In this document: piece after piece, positions 59,028-64,000 of the stretch
Numbering within the stretch: the stretch's first letter is position 1
How the letters are laid out: each line of letters begins with the position of its first letter
NCBI GenBank assembly: GCA_050298055.1
Contig: JBNKTL010000003.1
Location: forward strand, 64,001 to 128,000
From: Spirochaetota bacterium
Lineage (GTDB): Bacteria > Spirochaetota > UBA4802 > UBA5550
DNA length: 64,000 nucleotides
Direction of reading: 5' to 3'
The notes under the pieces: model-generated
Databases searched by the model: none
What the model was told of the DNA's origin: nothing
Seen by the model: only the letters and a program-made list of their open reading frames with translations
Made by a program: the position numbers and the translations under genes

Positions 59028-59939
59028 ATGGATCTCTCAGTAAAAATCGGCACCCTTGAACTGAAAAACCCGGTCACAGTGGCATCGGGCACGGCAGGCT
59101 ATGGAGAAGAACTCTCTGAATTCATCGACCTGTCTCTTCTCGGGGGAATTTTTACAAAAGGACTGTCTCTGAAACCGAGACAGGGCAATAAAGGGAACAG
59201 GGTGCTGGAGACCCCCTCCGGGATGCTCAACTCAATAGGCCTGGAAAATGTGGGCCTCGATAAATTCATTGAAGAGAAACTTCCCTTTCTCCTGGACCGG
59301 AAAGCCACGGTTATCCCCAACGTGGCGGGACACTCAGTGGAAGAGAATGTGGAACTCTGCCGGGTTCTTTCGGAAACGGAAGGGATAAGCGCACTTGAAC
59401 TCAATGTTTCCTGCCCCAATGTCAAAGAGGGGGGGATGGCCTTCGGGACAAACCTGGAAACATTTACCGGCCTCGTGGAAAAGACCCGGAAGGTCACCCG
59501 CTGTCCCCTCATTATTAAACTCTCTCCCAACGTAACGGACATTGCCCCATTCGCGGTCAGGGCGGAAGATATTGGGGTTGACGCCCTCTCCGCGGTCAAT
59601 ACCTTTCTCGGGATGAAGATAGACACCGGTAAAAAGAGGCCGTATTTCAACAACCTTGTGGCTGGCCTCAGCGGACCGGCAATAAGGCCCCTTGCGGTAA
59701 GGGTCGTTTACCAGGTCTGTTCCCGTGTAAAAATACCTGTCATCGGCATGGGGGGAATATCATCTCTGGATGACATGCTTGAATTTATCATGGCGGGGGC
59801 CGCAGCTATATCCATTGGGACCATAAACCTTGTGAATCCGGGCCGTTCGGCATGGCTCACCGGGGAACTGGAAAAATATATGAAAAAAGAAGGCATTGAG
59901 CGTTTATCGGATATCAGGGGAATCGCGCAGAGACAATAA
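59028..59939 (+). CDS. pyrD: Dihydroorotate dehydrogenase, family 1 catalytic subunit
   Basis: ASGT, GMLNSIGLEN, ELNVSCPN, KLSPN, GLSGPAIRP. Confidence 0.95.
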   Translation: MDLSVKIGTLELKNPVTVASGTAGYGEELSEFIDLSLLGGIFTKGLSLKPRQGNKGNRVLETPSGMLNSIGLENVGLDKFIEEKLPFLLDRKATVIPNVAGHSVEENVELCRVLSETEGISALELNVSCPNVKEGGMAFGTNLETFTGLVEKTRKVTRCPLIIKLSPNVTDIAPFAVRAEDIGVDALSAVNTFLGMKIDTGKKRPYFNNLVAGLSGPAIRPLAVRVVYQVCSRVKIPVIGMGGISSLDDMLEFIMAGAAAISIGTINLVNPGRSAWLTGELEKYMKKEGIERLSDIRGIAQRQ

Positions 59940-59952
59940 ACCGGAGAGAGAG

Positions 59953-61005
59953 ATGAAGTACTGGAACAGCATTTTAAAAAATATGACGGAATATTTACCC
60001 GGTGAGCAGCCGGAAGATATTGATGAGTATATAAAACTTAACACCAATGAAAATCCCTTCCCGCCGCCCCCCTCTGTCCTTGAAGCCATAAAGAACGCCT
60101 GCACGGAGAGGCTCCGCCGGTACCCCGACTCGCGGGCAGAAGTGCTCAGGAAGATGTTTGCCTCCCAGAACGGTCTCTCGTCCGAGAATATTTTTATCGG
60201 TAACGGCTCAGATGAGATATTTACCCTGATCTTCAGGGCATTCATTGAGAGAGGGGGAACGGTGGCATTGCCCTATCCCTCATACCCACTTTATGATGTG
60301 CTCGCGGAAGCCAACGGGGTTAAATATGAAAAGATCAACCTTGAAAAAGACTTCAGCTATAATCTCAAGTCTTTTCTCCGGAAAAAATATGACCTGGTCA
60401 TTATCTGCAACCCGAACAATCCCACCGGAACATATTGCGAAGTTGATGAAATAAGGGAGTTTCTCACCAGTTACAGGGGACTCTGTGTGGTTGATGAAGC
60501 ATATATTGATTTCTACAGCGGCTCGGCTCTTTCACTGGTAAATACCTTTGATAACATTATTGTCACACGGTCCTTTTCAAAATCCTACTCCCTGGCGGGG
60601 CTGCGGATCGGTCTCGCGGCGGCGGAGAAAAGCATTATCGAAGGATTCCTCAAGATAAAAGACTCATATAATGTTGATATTCTGGCAATTGAGGGAGCGA
60701 AAGCCGCTCTTACCGACTGGAAAGGGATAAAATATAACCTTGAGATGGTAAAAAACAATAAGGAATACCTGGAAGAATACCTGGTGGGAACCGGTTTCGA
60801 AATAATACCGTCCCGGGCAAATTTTATTTTTGTCCGTCACCCCGCCGTAAGTTCAGAAGAAATTTACACAAAGCTTAAAAAAAAGAAGATCCTGGTAAGA
60901 TACTTTTCCGGGAACATCAGGTCTGAATATATTAGAATAAGTATTGGTACAATGATGGAGATAAAGGCACTCTGCGGTGAACTGGAAGCTATAGTTGGAG
61001 CTTGA
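59953..61005 (+). CDS. hisC: Histidinol-phosphate aminotransferase
   Basis: KLNTNENP, GNGSDE, NPNNPTG, DEAY, RSFSKSYSLAGLRIG. Confidence 0.93.
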   Translation: MKYWNSILKNMTEYLPGEQPEDIDEYIKLNTNENPFPPPPSVLEAIKNACTERLRRYPDSRAEVLRKMFASQNGLSSENIFIGNGSDEIFTLIFRAFIERGGTVALPYPSYPLYDVLAEANGVKYEKINLEKDFSYNLKSFLRKKYDLVIICNPNNPTGTYCEVDEIREFLTSYRGLCVVDEAYIDFYSGSALSLVNTFDNIIVTRSFSKSYSLAGLRIGLAAAEKSIIEGFLKIKDSYNVDILAIEGAKAALTDWKGIKYNLEMVKNNKEYLEEYLVGTGFEIIPSRANFIFVRHPAVSSEEIYTKLKKKKILVRYFSGNIRSEYIRISIGTMMEIKALCGELEAIVGA

Positions 61006-61636
61006 TAATTTTGCCGTAGGTATCGGTTATGGTGCTTTTCTGGATGAGCTCATCAATGGTGAGGTTTCGTTTTTCAAACCTGATAATATCATCCTCATTG
61101 ATCCAGATATTGACCTGTTCGGCCCTTGAATAAGACCTCCATTTAAACCCGATGACCATCCCCACAATCTCTTTCTCCTCAAAGATGCTCCGGCATGAAT
61201 TCACCGTGTCACTGATCTCCCGGATATTCTTTTTCAGCAGTTCAACTGCCACCCGCCCGTATGGATTATCGTCTGTTATCCCGGTATCAACATCAAGCCC
61301 GAGATAGAGCTTATCCTTTTGCTGGGACTTTCTATCAAAATAAAATCCTATGCTTCCCCTGACGATCTTCAGCTTCTTATTATCAACAATATCCACTGCC
61401 ACTCCAATAAGCAGCTTGTAATATTTTTCCTGGTAGAGCGCTCCGTTGGTGGTATATTTTTTTATATCAACAATAAGGTCTTTATATTTATTGTCCTGCT
61501 CCTTACTGTACTGTTTCAGTATCTTCTCTTCTCTCTTTTTATCAGGTTTCCCGCTACCGGTTTTTACTGATTTTGAACCGCAGGTTGAGAAAAAGAGGAT
61601 GGTGAGTATTGTGACAGTTATCGATGTATTTCTCAT
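60989..61636 (-). CDS. Hypothetical lipoprotein
   Basis: MRNTSITVTILTILFFSTC signal/lipobox; start uncertain. Confidence 0.65.
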   Translation of the reverse strand: MRNTSITVTILTILFFSTCGSKSVKTGSGKPDKKREEKILKQYSKEQDNKYKDLIVDIKKYTTNGALYQEKYYKLLIGVAVDIVDNKKLKIVRGSIGFYFDRKSQQKDKLYLGLDVDTGITDDNPYGRVAVELLKKNIREISDTVNSCRSIFEEKEIVGMVIGFKWRSYSRAEQVNIWINEDDIIRFEKRNLTIDELIQKSTITDTYGKIIKLQL

Positions 61637-61808
61637 AGGTCTGTTGTCGTTCCTGTTTTTTCTATTTACAGGAATGAGCATGGTTATGTCAAGATAAAAT
61701 GTTGGAGATGCTCTTTTCCCCAGACGATACCTGACTCTTTGACTTTGTAAATACAAAACAGAAGTAAAATATATCTTGACGAAAACCGGTCTGATGCCAA
61801 AAAAAAGC

Positions 61809-63071
61809 ATGCTTTCAGATAATAAAAAAACAAACAGATTTCTATTTCTTCTGCTGCTTTCCGCATACCTGTTCCTTACAGAATGTACTTCTTCCGGCGG
61901 TTATTATCATCTTAACAGAAATAATCACAGGGTTAAGACCGGTCTTGAAGTCTTCATAAAAGATCACGCATACAGGTACAGGGGTGTGAAGACAATACTT
62001 GTCACAAATCACTCGGGAGTGAATTTCACCCTGAGACAGAACATAGGCCTGTTAAGGGAAAAAGGAATACCAATTGTACTGGTTCTGGCACCGGAACACG
62101 GTCTGCACGGATACCAGAACCAGTTTGACGAAAATCTTTACATTGAGAAGAAAAAACAGAACCTCCTGGTCTACAACCTTCATAAACTCAGTGACAATTC
62201 ATTAAAACTGCTCTTAAAAAGCGCCGGCCTTGTGCTCTTCGACATACAGGACATGGGGATGAGGTGTTATACCTATATATCAAACCTTAAGCATATAATG
62301 GACACTCTTAAAGGGACTAAAACCGAACTCCTTGTGCTGGACAGACCCAACCCCATATCATTTCTGGGAGTAGACGGTCCGTATCTAAACAGTAAGTTTA
62401 AAACGAAATTTATCAGCTCCTTTCCCGCGCCGTTTATCTATGATATGACAATTGGTGAAGCGGCAAATTACTACAGACACGAATACGCGCGAAGTGTAAA
62501 GCTGGAGATAATCAAGATGGCCAACTATGACAGGGACATGCTCTACAGCGAAACGGGGCTCCCCTGGGTTCCCCCCTCACCCAATCTTCCCACATATGAG
62601 TCCTCGATAATATATGCGGCAGTGGTCCTTATGGAGGGGATCAACATATCACTGGGAAGGGGGACAACCAAACCCTTTGAATTTATCGGGGCCCCCTGGA
62701 TAGAGCCCTCCTCGTTCTTAAAAAAGATCAGGAACCTCGGGTTAAAAAACTTCAGGTTCAGGCCCATATATTTCAAGCCGACATTCAACCATTATGAGGG
62801 AGAAAAGTGCGGAGGAGTCCAGATATTCTATACCGGGGGAAAATTCAGCCCCACGGAATTTTCATACAGGGTGATTCAACTTTTAATGAAGGAATATAAA
62901 AACGTCGCCTGGCGTGCACACAGTGGATTTTACAGCGTAGACCATCTTGCAGGCACCGACCTTTTCAGAAAATCCATTAGCAGAGGCCTGACATATGAGA
63001 GTTTTTATAAAAGGTTAGTCAAAGATCTGGAGAAATATAAAGGAAAGAGAGAGGACTATTTATTGTATTAA
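61809..63071 (+). CDS. DUF1343 / exo-beta-N-acetylmuramidase NamZ family protein
   Basis: TNHSG, APEHG, FDIQDMGMRCYTY, LDRPNP, WVPPSPNLP, GRGTTKPFE. Confidence 0.9.
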   Translation: MLSDNKKTNRFLFLLLLSAYLFLTECTSSGGYYHLNRNNHRVKTGLEVFIKDHAYRYRGVKTILVTNHSGVNFTLRQNIGLLREKGIPIVLVLAPEHGLHGYQNQFDENLYIEKKKQNLLVYNLHKLSDNSLKLLLKSAGLVLFDIQDMGMRCYTYISNLKHIMDTLKGTKTELLVLDRPNPISFLGVDGPYLNSKFKTKFISSFPAPFIYDMTIGEAANYYRHEYARSVKLEIIKMANYDRDMLYSETGLPWVPPSPNLPTYESSIIYAAVVLMEGINISLGRGTTKPFEFIGAPWIEPSSFLKKIRNLGLKNFRFRPIYFKPTFNHYEGEKCGGVQIFYTGGKFSPTEFSYRVIQLLMKEYKNVAWRAHSGFYSVDHLAGTDLFRKSISRGLTYESFYKRLVKDLEKYKGKREDYLLY

Positions 63072-63075
63072 GACT

Positions 63076-63150
63076 CCCTCCCCCCGTCCCCCGGAGGGGG
63101 CGCAAGATATTTTTCCAACACTCTTATGCCCCCTTTGGGGGTTAGGGGGT
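63076..63150. repeat. C5/G5 REP-like palindromes between convergent genes (related copy near 46700-46718)
   Basis: cccccggagggggc ... gccccctttgggggttaggggg; tcccccgaagggggac. Confidence 0.55.
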
Positions 63151-63164
63151 CTTAGCTTCCTGGA

Positions 63165-64000
63165 CTACATCTGGAGAAATTTTAAATACTCTTCAATCTC
63201 TTCCGGATATTTACCCTCTCCGTCCTGGTACTTCTTGTATCTTCTGAGAAATGCCTGGTAGGTCTTTGCGGATACGTTCTTATACCTGTTGGCAAACTTG
63301 TTGAAAGCCGGCATGCTTTCCAGCCTGTCCCTGATCTCCTGCCTGAACGGGATATGTTTAAAAAACATTCCCCGGACAATATTGTTCATCTTCATGATAC
63401 CGTCCTTTTCAAAAAGCACCCAGAGAAGATAATCGTCGGCAAACCTGTCCCTGTTTGTTCTCAGGCTCTTGAACCTCATGGTTATCTTATCCTTGGCCTC
63501 CATGGAGAGATTGGGATTCTTCTTATAGGTATTAACATAGTCAAAATACTCACCGGTGATCCCCCCTTCAATGGGGTCCGCCCACATTGCCTGTCCCTTA
63601 ATGGTCCTGTTGAGCTCCCAGCGGAAACAGGCAAGGGTATGCGCGATACTCTTCCTCAGGTCACCCATAAAAAATATCGGGACAACAATCCTCCCCCGGG
63701 ACCTCTTGTCGATACCGGAAAGTTCCTGCCAGAGAAGGGTCCGTGTTCCGAATATGGGAAGCATGATAAAATAGGGCAGCACCTCCTCCTGGATGATCTC
63801 CCGGGCATCCCCCAGCTTCAGAACGGTCTCTCGCAGGAAAACGGAAAAATCGATATCCATGATCTCCCTGACAATGTCACTGATCTTCTTTTTTGAGCTG
63901 TAGAGCGACTTGAGGCTTCCCTTGACGGCATATTCGTTTAAAATAGGAAAAGCGGTTGCGGTGGACCCTGAACAGACCGCGGAGGTACTCCTGAGCCGCT
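63165..64000 (-). CDS. Hypothetical protein, C-terminal part (gene starts beyond the window)
   Basis: Frame open to the window edge; LWQE, FRWEL, GEYFDY motifs. Confidence 0.75.
   Translation of the reverse strand, partial: RLRSTSAVCSGSTATAFPILNEYAVKGSLKSLYSSKKKISDIVREIMDIDFSVFLRETVLKLGDAREIIQEEVLPYFIMLPIFGTRTLLWQELSGIDKRSRGRIVVPIFFMGDLRKSIAHTLACFRWELNRTIKGQAMWADPIEGGITGEYFDYVNTYKKNPNLSMEAKDKITMRFKSLRTNRDRFADDYLLWVLFEKDGIMKMNNIVRGMFFKHIPFRQEIRDRLESMPAFNKFANRYKNVSAKTYQAFLRRYKKYQDGEGKYPEEIEEYLKFLQM

Overview
Bacterial chromosomal window, most likely from a Spirochaetota genome (inference from the cNMP-TPR/Crp gene pair, tandem-RHH paralogues, a Leptospira-type barrel protein and many lipoproteins). 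The housekeeping backbone includes rplK-nusG-secE-rpmG, tRNA-Thr, rlpA, nhaA, rdgB, nth, prfA-prmC, tRNA-Arg, mtnA, ribBA, dusB, larE, apbE, pyrD, hisC and namZ. Small AT-rich accessory islets carry a Panacea TA pair with an HNH-TM nuclease, a nucleotidyltransferase pair, a PIN remnant and an AAA_14/DUF4143 ATPase. An ~11 kb surface-protein locus has base-composition switches inside genes. Highlights: (1) a Tat-lipoprotein formate-dehydrogenase-like enzyme whose Sec/Cys-His active site reads Ser-Ser; (2) seven copies of a ~140 bp MITE-like element; (3) an intergenic hairpin cluster with three CAGGANG loops resembling CsrA sites; (4) two dispersed tandem-RHH paralogues sharing an exactly spaced upstream motif; (5) a DegT-family protein lacking the PLP lysine; (6) an unannotated FlgM-like small ORF. 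No CRISPR array, rRNA, transposase, integrase or reverse transcriptase was seen. All family assignments come from motif recognition by eye; no searches were run.
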